Assembly (NCBI GenBank): GCA_964016885.1
Contig: OZ024742.1
Span: forward strand, 69,068,001-69,132,000
Direction of reading: 5' to 3'
DNA from: Eledone cirrhosa
Lineage: Eukaryota
Length of the DNA stretch: 64,000 bases
Part shown: piece after piece, positions 50,301-64,000 of the stretch
Layout of the letters: each line of letters starts with the position of its first letter
How positions within the stretch are numbered: position 1 is the first letter of the stretch
Notes under the pieces: model-generated
Databases searched by the model: none
What the model saw: only the letters and a program-made list of their open reading frames with translations
What the model was told of the DNA's origin: nothing
Translations under genes and position numbers: made by a program

Positions 50301-53070
50301 TTTGTGGTCCGTGTAGCTGACTATCTTGAATTGTGGACAGCCTATGCTAGACCTATCTATTTCTCTACAAAATACTCTATCTAGATATGATCTGGATGAC
50401 CCTATACGATTTGTCCAAGTCCACATTGGCACATTCGGGAAATCCAATCGGTACCTGTCAGACAGTTCAAAACGCCTGAGCAGGTTGGTGAGGCTCTTGC
50501 ACCCTCCTCCCCTATCCGCTAATCCCACACAGTCCCAGCGTGCATCTAAGATCCCGTTCCAGTCGCCCACTAACACTAAAGAGCAGGACGTTCCAAGAAA
50601 GGTCTTCAGACGCCGGAAGAAATCACGCCGCCCTGCTCCTGTCGGGGAATAGACGGCCACTAGCCTGAACGCTTGCCCGTCTCCGCTGGTCACGTCTAGC
50701 ACCACCAACTTACCTTGTGGGTCCAGGAAGATGGCCCGTATGGCGAGATCCAAACCTCTCCGAAAAAGCACAGCGACTCCTCCCCCCGATCCCGGACGGC
50801 TGGGAGTGCGTACACATCGTAGCCGCCGAAGATCGGTGCGAAGGCCCGTGCTTCGGAAATTCTGGCCTCGCTGATGGCCACTACATCTATGTTTAGTGAC
50901 CTGAGGTCGTTGAGCAGGTGGCCCTGCTTCCATGACGACCCCAAGCCACGCGCATTTATGCTGCCTATTCTGAGTGAGGTCATGTTGAAATGGAGTGGAA
51001 AAGATGGGAAAGACCACCTACCTTACTTCTCGTAGAGGAAGGACGGTTTCTCCATCCTTCTCACTGCTTGTGGCCTCCTCCGGAAGGATGTCCTTATAAA
51101 TCCTCCTGGAGAGTGCTTGTCGGATGTCTCCGATGTCTTTGGGGAATTTTTGTTTTAGTGTCGTGTACGTTTTCTGTGTGATGCGAGTGATTTGTATGTG
51201 TGGAGGTGGTGTGAACTTTTGGGTTATCGTGTAGTCTTTTTCTGTGATGCTGGTGTTGTGTTGCATGTAGTGTAATAATTGGTTGTTGTTCAAATTTAAT
51301 GCTGTGTAGTGTGTATCGTTTTGGTTTTGTTTTGTTTGCGTTTGTTGTGGGTTTGTTTCTGTTACGGTTTTTGGTGACTTTTGTGGTGTTGGTGATGGTG
51401 GTGTTGGGGTTAATGATGGTGATGGTGTTAGTGTTTGTGGTGATGGGGTTGGTGATGCTGGTGTGGATGGTGGCATATCTGACCTAACTTTTTTGTTTGA
51501 TAATTTATTTGTTTCCCTCTGTATTTTGTTTTTGGAGGGGGAAGAAAGAGAATTTTTTATTTTTTGGTTTCTTGTTTTCTTTTTTCCTGATACCGTTTCC
51601 CACTCCTCCTCGTCACAATCTGTCTCCAGTTGCGATAAGCCGGGGAGTGTAAAATCCTCCACAGGCGTTGGTTTTCATTGTGGCGTGGTGGATGGTGTAG
51701 GCGCTGGTGCTAGTTCTGGCGCATTGGGTGGTGGTGGTGTTGGTTTTGCTACTGTTGATGGGGTTGTTGCTGTTACAGTTGCTTCTGTTGTTGCTGCTAC
51801 AGTTGTTGCTGCCATTTCTGCTGCTGGTGGTTTTGATGGTTGAGTCACTGGGGTGGGTAAGAGAGGTGGCCTCAACCTTTTAGCCTGAGGGCAGAAAGCC
51901 CTTAGGTGGGTTCCTTCACCACAAACGACACACCTAGGTCTTCTGCCCCCGACGATTACGGTGAGGTGGCTGCCGTCAGTGAGGTCTATTACCTCTGGGA
52001 TCTTCTCAATGCTTTTATGGTCCGCTTGGATCAGGAGCACCATCCCAGATCCGGACCAATTCTCCTGCTTTTCTTTCGTTATTTCAATTATCTTGGTGTT
52101 GGCCTCGATGCCGGCGAGAACGGCAGCCATTAGCCAGGGAATTTCGATGGCCGGTGGAACGTGGGTCAGCCTGACCTTCACAAGTCTCTGGCCACAATAG
52201 CTTGGGACGAGTGTGAAGTCGTCACTTCTTAATGGGGCCATGGAATGTTCTCTGGCCTCCTGTAGTGTTTCAAAGAACACGTCCACGGTTCCATACTTCT
52301 GCCCACGTCTGATGTGGGTTTTTTTTGCCCACACATGTCCCAAAGCTTTATGGATTTGGGACTCGGATGCCCGTTCCAGTCGGCGCGATTTTATGTTAAT
52401 TGTCCGATAAGACACGGTGCATAGGCGACGTTGCTCCATTTTATTAGGTGTGTGTGTGTGTGTGTGTGGGGGGGGGGGGCTGACCCTGTACCCATCTTTC
52501 TTTACCATTCCTTTGGCTTCGTCTAATTCCTCCTGAGTTCCCTGGATCGCTTCGCACGTTTTTGCTATTCTGGCAAACCTCAGGGTAGTTTTCTTAATTT
52601 CATTGTTGCTGTTGTTGTTATCGTTATGTTTACTATTGTTAATATTAGTTTCAGTTGTGGTGGTGGTGGCGTCAGTGATGTTCGGAGTGGAAGAGTTCAT
52701 TTTGGTTGAATTCATTTCGATATCACGAGTTAATTTATTTTTTTCTTTTGTTTCTGTTGTCGCTGTGGTGGTGGTGGGGGTGGTGGTTGTCGCGGTGGTG
52801 GTGGTGGTGGCGGCTTTAACACATGCAGTCATTGGTAATGTCGGGAAATGAACGTCTGACTGAGACAAATTAAAAATATTGCTACTGCTTACATTTCCAA
52901 TGTTGGCAAACATATCAATATTTACAATGGTGGTGTCGGTGTGAGGTGTTAGATTGTGAGGAAGGAGTGACTCTGAGTCATCCATGATTTTTCAAAGAAA
53001 AATTTTTGTTTGATAATTATAAAAAGTTTAAATTTTGGGCTCAAGGCCCCAATATTTTTGAGTGTCCTTT
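47337..53070 (-). mobile_element. Tx1/L1-clade retrotransposon, family A copy 2, near full length and frameshifted, inside the TIR gene intron
   Basis: ORF1 lies at 51018..52985 (CVVCGEGTHLRAFC). APE is at 49947..50983 and RT fragments at 47587..50005. The 3' end has AATAAA followed by (TTA)n at 47307..47336. Confidence 0.92.
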
Positions 53071-53200
53071 TCAGAAATCAATGTATGTGCACTTATATAC
53101 AGTTAACAATAAAAATTTCCCATAAATGGCAATTTTAAACAACTGAAAATAACAAACCTTTGCGGAGCTCACGATGATACGATTTACTACGTAGGTCGCC

Positions 53201-53246
<46 letters not shown>

Positions 53247-53247
<1 letters not shown>

Positions 53248-53251
53248 TATG

Positions 53252-53331
<80 letters not shown>

Positions 53332-53925
53332 CGCTCGCATTGTATCTGAGTGTAAGCTCCTGGTCCAGATTCATTATAAAGGATGGAGGTATGATATTAT
53401 AGGAAAAGTGATCCACTGGTATTTGTGCAAATTGAACGATTTACCCCACGCTGAGAGGTGGTATGAACATAAGCCAAAATCGGTAATGGGAAAAGATCTG
53501 GTGAAGATGTTATGGGATTTAAGAATGCAAAATGATGAAGAATTAGAACACAATAGGCTTGACAAAAAAAAAAGATCATACTTGATTATAGATGTAGCTT
53601 GCCCCTTCGACAGAAGTGTACAGGAAAAGGAGAGAGAAAAAATTAACCGGTACCAAGACCTGAAGTGGGAAGTGAAAAGGATTTGGAACTGTCATGAGAT
53701 CATAGTCGCCCCCATCGTCATGAGTACTATCTATCTCGAGAGGTTTCCAAGTCTGGCTAAAGACCATCAGCCCACACCCCTGTTTTGGAACACTTCAAAA
53801 GTCATGTCTACTTGGAACGGCAAGGACCCTCCGATATATCCTTAATATCTGAGGTTGCAGGTAGCAGCTAGATATTTATTAGGGCAATTATTTCGGTTGA
53901 ATAACATCAATTACTGAAACATCAA
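53247..53925 (+). mobile_element. 5'-truncated, degenerate Dong copy inserted in (TAA)n
   Basis: ETVARIVSECK..KVIHWYLCK..WYEHKP..IIDVACPFD..EKINRYQDLKWEVKRIW aligns to the C-terminus of 3696..7088. (TAA)n lies at 53201..53246, with an AAC/AAT run downstream. Confidence 0.9.
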
Positions 53926-55245
53926 GTAAAAAACAACAATAATAATACTATCAATGTTAATGTTGTTTTTGTAATCCCAGGTCAGCTATGAGTAAACATA
54001 AACTTTTCCAACACTGATTATCCCACCAGAAGCTACATTATATATATATCCAATATATACATTACTTATGACGCTAAGGTGGAGCAACTTCGTAAAGGGC
54101 CTTTTGGAACAATAATAATGATGTCATCAGATAAGCTATCATAGAAATTATTTAGACTTTATGCATTACTGAGAAGTGAATATTTCTATACGTATTTAGA
54201 ATAATACCCATAAAACCATACAGATTAAACATTACGATACACTTAAACAAATCCGCTCATCTTCTTCCCCTAATATACCCTTAACGTATACCCATGACCA
54301 ACCTACTATTGCATATGAATCTGCCCTTTAAATCTTTTAGTAAGTTAAGCGTTTGTCTATGAAAAAAATTTACTAGACTATCGCTCAAATATTTTTCATT
54401 TTTTAAAAAAGGAACTCTATGCTATGACCACCCTAATAGCGAAATAGAGAAAGGGAGAGCGGGAGAGAGAGAATGGGAGAGAGAGAATGGGAGAGAGAGA
54501 ATGGGAGAGAGAGAGAGAGAGAGAGAGGGTGTGAGAGAGAGAGGAAAAAAAAATTGACTTCAATATATGACTGGTAAATTATCTACTCTGGAAATATGAA
54601 AAGCAAATTTCGTCTCAGCAGAGAGCTGAATAGTAGCATAAGGCGTGCTATCAGACGCTCTAATAACCCTTGGTTCTTCATTATTATTTATTTATAATTC
54701 CATTCCACCTATCACACTAGCCAGTTTAATGTTTGTTAATTCTGTCATGTATATATATTCCAAAAGCATGTTTAGAAATTTTTACTTTGTGAAACGTAGA
54801 ATTTATTGACAATTTAAATATTTTATTCTACTTCAAATATCAATTTCATCTATAATCTAAATCATTTGAGATTGCAAAGAGATCGCTTGAGTGAAAGCGA
54901 CAAAGAATTAAGGAATTTTGTTGTAGATAACTTTAAAAAAACCCAGAAAGTGTACTACTTTCAATGGATTCGAGCTCAGTGTTTTCGTGTTGGTAGCCAG
55001 ATCAATTATCCATCTAGACATTTATTTCACCTTGTAAAATTAACAGTCAAATCACATTGAATGCACACTTTCCTCTTTTAGAAAAAGGAAAACATCATTG
55101 TATAATGCAGTCCTAATTTTACCAGGTCTGAGTCTTGTTGATGACAATTAGAACACCTATCATAGTGACTTAACTGGGAATAAGGAACAATAATAAAAAC
55201 ACGAAAATAAAAGAAGGAATTGAAAAAGAAAATACGTGGACTTAC

Positions 55246-55389
55246 TTTCACCGACGAGAAAGTCTCTGAAGTGGACACAGAGTTTAAAACCCATCTCTTT
55301 CTCCAGGGTAGGAAACAAGGTGTTAAATACCCATAATTCATCTGGTGATGCTGAACGGAACGAAATGAAAGCATCGTACTCTTTACCAT
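55246..55389 (-). CDS. Internal 144-bp exon of the TIR-domain receptor (TIR boxes 1 and 2)
   Basis: Acceptor tatttcag|AT and donor GAAA|gtaagt. Translates (D)GKEYDAFISFRSASPDELWVFNTLFPTLEKEMGFKLCVHFRDFLVGE and joins in phase 1 to the 47292 exon (A|CT = Thr). This frame is not in the ORF track. Confidence 0.92.
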
Positions 55390-55659
55390 CTGAAATATAT
55401 GCGTTACATATTTGGATACGTGATTTATTAATTTACGTGAGGTCAGTCAGAAAATAACTCGAATCCCTGGTTTTCATGTCTGCAAAGAGAAACTATGCTG
55501 CACACATTCAGTATTTTTACCTTTCTGACAGTGAAACACACAGTAATGGTGTGTAATCTGAATGACCTCACAGAGATAACAAATTGAAATTCTACATCAG
55601 GTATTGAATACTTTTCTTCTATTCGTATGTATATATATATATATATATACTTACACACG

Positions 55660-55823
<164 letters not shown>

Positions 55824-55825
55824 AG

Positions 55826-56165
55826 TACAGGGTGTCCCACCAAAATTGACATCGTTTGTGATGTGAATATCTGAGTAACTTCATATCCTAGGCAAATGAA
55901 ATTAAATAGGCTTTATGCTGAATAATACAAGATTTATTTATCAAAATTCGAACAAGAAATTCAGAGGATGTAGATTTTGTAACCAATTTCACAAAACTTC
56001 ACACATGTTCAATATGCGCACTGCCTGTGACACAACCGATGTCACCTCGATAGTCCAGCTCCTGCCAAACACGCTGTAACATGTCTTGCGTAACATTATA
56101 CAGCACCTCAAGGATTTTCTGCTTGAGTTCCTCTAGGCTTGTAGTAAGGGTCATGATATAGACCA
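55826..56165 (-). mobile_element. Tc1/mariner DNA transposon end with transposase C-terminus
   Basis: Terminus TA-CAGGGTGTCCC. The minus strand translates VYIMTLTTSLEELKQKILEVLYNVTQDMLQRVWQELDYRGDIGCVTGSAHIEHV*. Confidence 0.75.
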
Positions 56166-56309
56166 GTCAATTCATATAGCTCTATATAGCATATTATCTT
56201 TATCCCTGGCACGCCCGATTCATCTCCCTGGTAGAAAAAAAATTAACATTAAACTTTGTTAGGTTTTACACATTTTGTTAAACTTTGAGATCATGTGAGC
56301 GAGAATTGG

Positions 56310-56564
56310 CTATGTTAGTAGCCTACAAGATGATGTGTGAGAGGGTGAGAGAATATGGTTCGGAGGGGGAGATTTGTAGGTATTAAATCCGAATCTCTCC
56401 TTGGTATCGAAGTCCTGATTGTCGCAATATCTGCCGTAGAAAAAAGTTCTCCATCTAAGTCTTTTCGCAAAAAGGTCGATTTTTTGCGTGAGCATCCGAA
56501 GGTAAAGTTTTCTCGGTGGAACTGGGATGTTCTTGGTGGAGAAGTCGATGTTGTGTTTTCGCAT
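56310..56564 (-). pseudogene. Naiad-type Penelope-like ORF N-terminus
   Basis: FSTKNIPVP..YLRMLTQKIDLFAKRLRWRTFF..FGFNTYKSPP. Confidence 0.7.
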
Positions 56565-57349
56565 GGTGCGGGTGAAAGAACTTGAGCTTAGCGGAAAAGT
56601 CTGGATACGGCGTGGTAGAGTCGGAAAGTGCTCTACTACGGGAATAGGAGCTAGATAACGAGGGAAATTCTTTTTTTTTGGGGGGGGGGGGGTCTGAATT
56701 AATTTTTCGTATTAATTTTTTCTTATATATCGTACGAGCATTTATGTAGTTTGCATTAGAATTTATGTATTGTAGCGGCACTCTTATATATCGTATTAGT
56801 ATTCATTTTCGGGATCTGAATTAATATTTCGTATTAATTTCGGGACTCTGAATTATTATTTCGTATTAGGTTTTTTTTTTTAGTATTTTGGCCCCCTAAT
56901 TGTTGACCTGTCATTGTAAGATAGATTAGGCCGAGTACTACTAACTCATAAAATTCTTTCACTACAATCTCGTATTTAGTATCCCGCCCCACCTATTAAA
57001 CTTTTTTATAGTCGAGTGAGAGATTTGATGATTGTGGTAGGGGAATAGTAACCAGAAATTGTGTTTTTATATTTTTAACATTCTTATTTTTCTATATAGA
57101 TTTACTCCATATAGATCTACTTATTGTTTCGACTCCCCCTACCCCTCTTGACCTCTTATCCTTAGGATTCTGCTGTAGTCGACACTTTCAACGCACGACT
57201 CGGTTTCCTCCACTCTCTCTCCCTCTTTCTTCTACTGGCAAGTTCAGCTACCCCTTCCTTCCACAAAATGCCATGATAGAATTATGTGTCTCAACAACAA
57301 ACTTTTGACCAATCCTTGTGACAATCACTTTTACCATATATGGAATATT

Positions 57350-57445
57350 ACCCCCTGAGAAGCTCGGCTATTCATTTACCAGGATAAATATTTTCATTTT
57401 GTCCAGAATTAGCCGTCGAAACGGCTTGAGCTCAGCCGTCGGGGT
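57350..57445 (+). ncRNA. Hammerhead-like motif with a CUGAGAA core variant
   Basis: ACCCC-CTGAGAA-GCTCGGCTA...TAGCCGTC-GAAACGGCT-TGAGCTC-AGCCGTC^GGGGT. Confidence 0.6.
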
Positions 57446-57899
57446 CCTACTCGTTCCTATTACCCACTCTACTACCCTAAGTATCGAGTACTTTGGTGCG
57501 TTATGGTCCATCTGGTTCCGTACCACATTTCCTTCGTTATATATATATATAAAATAAAATATTGTAGTTTGTTTGTTGCATTGTATATAATATATAATGT
57601 TTAAGAAGGCTAAACAATGCAAAATAGATGGTAAGATGAAGGCAACGAAAAAGTTAGTTACCTGGTAATTTTTGTTTTTGTCTTTTTTGTTATTTCTTTC
57701 GTCCTAATATTTCAGGACTTAAACTATCCTTCGCCAGAGTATAAGGAGCTCCCAGAGAAAAATGTTCCGGTTTGTTCGCTTTCATTTAAAATTTATAAAC
57801 CACTTTCAAGCGTTGTTTGATGTTTGCTCTAGTATTCATAAAATCAGGAGAATGAGGTCAACTGCCGTATGTAATATCTCATGGAATCAAATTCCTTGT

Positions 57900-58180
57900 T
57901 TAAATTGTTGTGTTTAGGTTGCGTGTGTGTGCGTGTAGGTGTGTCCTTTATGTCAAGTATTGTGCGTTGAGTTACATTCTGTTATGGATTTGTGGGTTGA
58001 GTCTACGTATAAGCAAGGCTTCCTTTATTCTTAAATTCTCAACATTTCTCTCTCTGTCTTTTAATATGAGTGTAATCTCTAAATGTGTTCTGCTACACTA
58101 AATGCTGTGATGGATGTTGACCCACAATGTTTGCATGTGTATCTGTATGTCTCTTGGTTGAAAAGGAGGTCATATAAGTG
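57900..58180 (-). pseudogene. Highly degenerate GIY-YIG C-terminal remnant
   Basis: The minus strand gives YRYTCKHCG and LRIKEALLIRRLNPQIHN. Confidence 0.5.
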
Positions 58181-58279
58181 TTCATTCAATAATAAATTGC
58201 TCCGAAGAATCCAAACCTCGGTTTGGAGGAAACAGTTGTAAGCACAAAAATGTTTTGAACAGTTCTTTGATTCTTATAA

Positions 58280-58364
<85 letters not shown>

Positions 58365-58376
58365 TTATAATAAATG

Positions 58377-58924
58377 TAATCTGAGTTTTTCGAATATTAT
58401 TAATAACATTCGTTTCTTTTGTAATTATGCAAACAAGCCGCATTTTTAAAGCTATGTCAGTAGAATGAACCCTTCATTCTTGCTCTTGTGTTGGCATGTA
58501 AACATAACTGCAGACACTAATGTTTCTGGGTATCACCCTTCATCAGTACAGCTTACTGTTCACCTGCCAACTGTCAGAGCTAGTGAAAATATATGTTATT
58601 TTCTAAAATATACAGTGACTGATCGGCCTGATTTGCATATTAGCAGACTGGCTAATCAGTCAGATCTGCATATTAGCAGATTCACTGATCAGCCAGATTT
58701 GCATATCAGGAGACTGGCCAGTCAGTTTCCCGTATACGAGCAATTAATGGCCGGTTTTGCCACATTCAAATAAAAATAAATTTTTGTCTGCAGCTCTGTT
58801 TACATGCCAACACAAGAGAAATAATGAAGGGTTCATTCTATTGACATGGCTTTAAAAATGAGGGTTGTTTGCATAATTGCAAACTAATCGAAAGTTATTA
58901 TTAATATTCGAAAAACTCAGATTA
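58377..58924. mobile_element. MITE-like element with imperfect terminal inverted repeats of about 140 bp and internal repeats of about 30 bp, between (TA)n arrays
   Basis: 58377..58517 is the reverse complement of 58785..58924. GAT(T/C)TGCATAT.AG.AGA occurs three times at 58630..58712. Confidence 0.8.
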
Positions 58925-58948
58925 TTATATTCAGCCACGTACAGCGAA

Positions 58949-59421
<473 letters not shown>

Positions 59422-59573
59422 ATATATACATACAGAGGTATCCACTGTAAGCTGTGGGGTCTATTCTGCATGAAGAACTCGATGTAATCCATATGTTGAA
59501 AATGTTATAGGTTAAGATAAATCTCAGAAAACAGAAAACAATAAAACGTTAAAAGGAAAACAGAGTCATGATA

Positions 59574-60574
59574 TAAGTTAAAACAATGAAATAAAAAATC
59601 AAGTCATTAGAGATATACTTCACTGCTTTACGATCGTTTCTAGATGGTGATAATACATTGTATCTATACTCAGTTATAGATCTATGTAAGTTTACAAACT
59701 ATCAGATAGAGAGAATATTTACTTACATGCATATCACCAGCTGTTTTCAAAAGCAATAATAATTTTATTCAATAATAATTTTACTCAGAATTAGTAGCAT
59801 GTTAGTATCATGTTCTTATTTGGAGGTAGTTGAAGAACTAACAAATCAAATTGTTTTTTCATATGGTGTTAAGATGAAAAGTAATACACTTTAGTTGAGG
59901 TCATGACCCTTTGAAAGGAATGGTTGAAGTGTGTTAGTAGAAATGGCATAAAAAGTCTTTTAGGAAGGAAGGGTATTGTCAAACTGATAGTTGAATGTAT
60001 CTTGTATAGTGAATTTAAAAGGAATGTCAAAATAAATGGTGATTAGTGTTGTATTGAGTTTTAAGGTGAATATAAATTAATGTTATGGATAGGAAAGATA
60101 GTATATTAAAAGATGAAAATTATAAGATAATGAGATATAGTAATGCGATAATATACAACTTAACCAACACAATATAGTACGGTGTGGTAAATTGAACTCA
60201 GTATAATATAACATATTATACGCTCTAAAATATTACTAAGTATGTTTATGCATAAACAATCAAACTCAGATAAGTACATGTTGGCATAGTTAAAACACAT
60301 AAATTTCATAGTCTACAAAGTGCATATATCCACACTATATATATAGAGAGGTACAGTTATATTGATATCTAACCAAAATATACATACGTGCATATAGATG
60401 CAAACCTAAATACACATCCACACGCATGCATATAATCATATACATACATATCAATACATATCTACATCCATACATACACATCTATTCCCCCATATATACA
60501 CATATATATATATACACCCACTCATACATACATATACATACATATACACACACAATACATATATACATACACAG

Positions 60575-60613
<39 letters not shown>

Positions 60614-61706
60614 CATATATACAACACATACACACACACACACACATATACATATATATATATATACACTTGTGTGAGCATATGTACACTCCTCTTACAT
60701 GTGCACATACTCATATATAAACATTCATACACCTATACTCACATATACACACACACAAACACATATATATATAAATATATATATATATATACACACACAT
60801 ATATATATATACATACATATACACATCTATATATATATACATATATATATACATATACATACATGCACATACACACATACATACACACGCATATGCATAT
60901 ATACACATATACACATACATAAACATATATACATATATATATACACAAATATTCACACACATAAATATATTTCCATATCATACATAGATGTATATTTTTA
61001 CTCATGCAATTACAGGTGGCTGTGTATCTTGTTGCCTTTAATCATTAACGCATAAATCTAGAAGCTAAAATATTAAAAGCTAAAATATTAAAAATATTAG
61101 AAGCTAAAATATTAAAAGGCAAAAATAAGCATGAAAGCATATAATTAGGGGAAAGAGGTACTAATAAATGTTATTCTATACGGAATTATAGTGAGTTGCT
61201 ATTTAGAATATTTAATTAGGTTTATAGTATTTAAATGTTTTTCGTATACGGTGATTGCAGACTATGATCAATTCCTGTCTTTTATTTAATAAATCGTCCT
61301 TAGATTTAGTAATTTACAAGATCTCTCCTGAACATAATCTGCATTCCCTCCTTCAACCATTCCTTTCAAAGGGTCATGACCTCAACTAAAGTGTATTACT
61401 TTTCATCTTAACATCATATGAAAAAAACAATTTGATTCGTTAGTTCTTCAACTACCTCCAAATAAGGACATGATACTAACATGCTACTAATTCTGAGTAA
61501 AATTATTATTGAATAAAATTATCATTGCTTTTGAAAACAGCTGGTGATATGCATGTAAGTAAATATTCTCTCTATCTGATAGTTTGTAAACTTACATAAA
61601 TCAATAACTGAGTATAAATACAATGTATTATCACCATCTCGAAACGATCGTAAAGCAGTGAAATATATGTCTAATGACTTGATTTTTTATTTCATTGTTT
61701 TAACTT
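59574..61706. mobile_element. Penelope-type unit bounded by inverted repeats of about 355 bp (59574..59929 and 61351..61706)
   Basis: The arms are reverse complements with scattered mismatches. Each carries GAAAC-GATC-GTA and a hammerhead-like scaffold. Confidence 0.8.
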
Positions 61707-61708
61707 AT

Positions 61709-61919
<211 letters not shown>

Positions 61920-61938
61920 GTATATATATAAATATAGT

Positions 61939-61991
<53 letters not shown>

Positions 61992-63019
61992 TAGTAATAA
62001 TATATATATATATATATAAATATAGTAATAATATATATATATATATATAAATATAGTAATAATAATAATATATATATATATATATATATAGTAATAATAA
62101 TAAACAAACGATAGTTACTTCAGATAATCTCTATTTTATTATACATATTGCGAAGACCCAACGCTTTTGTACAATATAATCCGAAACATGTTCTCGTTAG
62201 ACAAAATGCAAAGGAGATGCAGGAATCATTTTATATACTGGCGGTCAAACGAGCTGGACAGATAGGTGACAACCAAGCATAAGATTAGAAAACAAACAAA
62301 CACAGAAGATGTTATGTGAGTAGGAGAAAAATACAGTTGGATGTTTGAAATTATCTAAAATATGACGTAATTAGATTGGTAAAAAAATATATAGACAGTT
62401 AGACAGTTTATATGTTACTTATATTAGCTTAAAATAGATACTATACTAAAAAAATATATATATCATACCAAAGAAAAAATATTCTAGCATGCAAGAATCA
62501 TATTGTAACTAAATAATAAAGAAGAAAAATTAGGATTACAAAATTCAAAGGTAACATATCCGAGTTTATGTATAATTTAAATTGGTATTATATGAGTGGA
62601 AAGATATTTAACAATTGGTATGGCTTTTTTTTTTATATAACTCATATGGTTATTTAGATGAATTATTTAGATAAATTATTTAGTTCAAAAGAAGAGATGC
62701 AATTACTGTGGCCTAATCTTTCCTTTCAACAATTATATTCAAGTAGGTATTATATGAATAGAGGAAAATATTAACTATTGGCGTAACTATTATTATAAGA
62801 AAATATGTATGTATTATAGTCTACTTTATAAATATATATTAAATTTAATTTACTTATGTACTAACTAAAGATAAGGTAAATGAAAAAGTTATAACGAAAT
62901 AATATTAGTTTACTTATTTTCTATTTAAACATAATAAAACCGCTTAAAAATTATATAAAGAAATATTACTTATTTAATTTTTTTGTTAAGTTTAACTAAA
63001 AACTCTATGAAACGTTTTC

Positions 63020-64000
63020 GAAAACCTGTGAAGACAAGAGCTAAAGATTTAGATCGTTTATTAATTATTAATTGCTTATTATAAATGATATGTAGAATTT
63101 CTGTGGTACAGAGGTCACATCCTTTAGATACGAAAGCATTTTTATAAGGAAAAGCATTCGAAGATTTCTGCCAAGAAAGGGAATATTCGATATTATTATT
63201 TTGAAGTGACCAAATGCGTTCAAATCCCGCCGAGGTTGACTTTGCCTTTCATCCGTACGGGGTCGATAAAATAAAGTACCAGTAATGCACTGGTTAATTG
63301 CTGGCCTTGTGCCTAAAGTAGAAACAATTATTTTTAAGTGACCAAATCAATTCAGTGAGGGCTGTACTAAATCTTCTCTTTTCAACGAGTGGCGACGGTT
63401 GTACCATCTTTCTTTAAATTTTGAAGAGCTGGCACCGATATAGTTATAGGACTTATATTTTGTTTTAACTGTGCATTTATAAACTAAATTACGATCAAGA
63501 CAGTTATTATTTAGCGGGCAAAAATTACTTTTTTTATAATTCTAATTACTTACGTTACTATTCGATGATGCCACTCTGTGTCTATAAGTCATTAGGTTTT
63601 CGTCGTCTATGTTATTGGTGTAATCATTGCTGATTGAGATGTTGTTTATTCCATTAGGGATTCCAAGATTATCATTATGTGTTAACTCCATATGATTAGT
63701 TCCGAGATTTCTATTGTTAATTTTAATTATAGTTTGGGCAATATTTTTAGTAGTCGAGTGGGAAAGTTTATTGTGTGTCGGTTAAAGATTCTACTATATT
63801 TATGTGTATTTGGAAAACATTTATCAAGAGAATTAAAGAAAAGATAAGTTAAGTTCTTGATTCCTAATGATAATGGTGGACTATACCACAAAACAGAACG
63901 GTATCAAACTCTTTTAGAAGACCTATTGGTTTTATAGTAGTTATATCGAGTCTCAAATAGGATTTGACCTGACTCCATATCTTAGGTTTTGATTATCAGC
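63020..64000 (-). mobile_element. Degenerate Naiad-type Penelope-like C-terminal region
   Basis: The minus strand gives VLWYSPP..LDKCFP..IFNRHT, CPLNNNCL..LVYKCTV..YIGASSSKFKERWYN and CDLC..INKRS. Confidence 0.8.
63216..63330 (+). mobile_element. 5'-truncated SINE inserted in the Naiad remnant with a TSD of about 21 bp
   Basis: ATTATTTT(G/T)AAGTGACCAAAT is present on both sides. Confidence 0.9.

Noticed and set aside
55078-55389. 103-aa ORF MVKSTMLSF...
   Set aside because: It is the wrong frame over the real TIR exon, which reads GKEYDAFISF and has splice sites.
58615-58725. Spaced repeats of about 30 bp resembling a CRISPR array
   Set aside because: They are contiguous degenerate tandem units without unique spacers, there are no cas genes, and the context is eukaryotic.
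62100-64000. AT-rich region that first resembled a mitochondrial rRNA insertion
   Set aside because: No convincing rRNA motifs. 63020..64000 translates on the minus strand to a Naiad-type GIY-YIG region.

Overview
Repeat-saturated animal genomic DNA. It is most likely from an octopus or other cephalopod, inferred from the SINE family and the very high (TA)n/(CA)n/(TAA)n content. Only one host gene is supportable: two minus-strand exons (55389-55246 and 47292-46919) that splice in frame to encode a complete TIR domain, with an IL-1R-like intron layout. The rest is mobile DNA. It includes an intact 1130-aa R4/Dong retrotransposon sitting in (TAA)n, three near-full-length Tx1/L1 elements from two families, and RTE fragments, one with a candidate HDV-like ribozyme. 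There are many Penelope-like (Neptune- and Naiad-type) remnants whose terminal repeats carry about 15 hammerhead ribozyme motifs, several with non-canonical cores or in inverted pairs. Also present are a non-coding LTR element with a tRNA-Trp primer site, tRNA-derived SINEs, a mariner remnant and MITE-like palindromes. Most short ORFs in the track are microsatellite or antisense artefacts. All calls were made by eye, and element boundaries are approximate.
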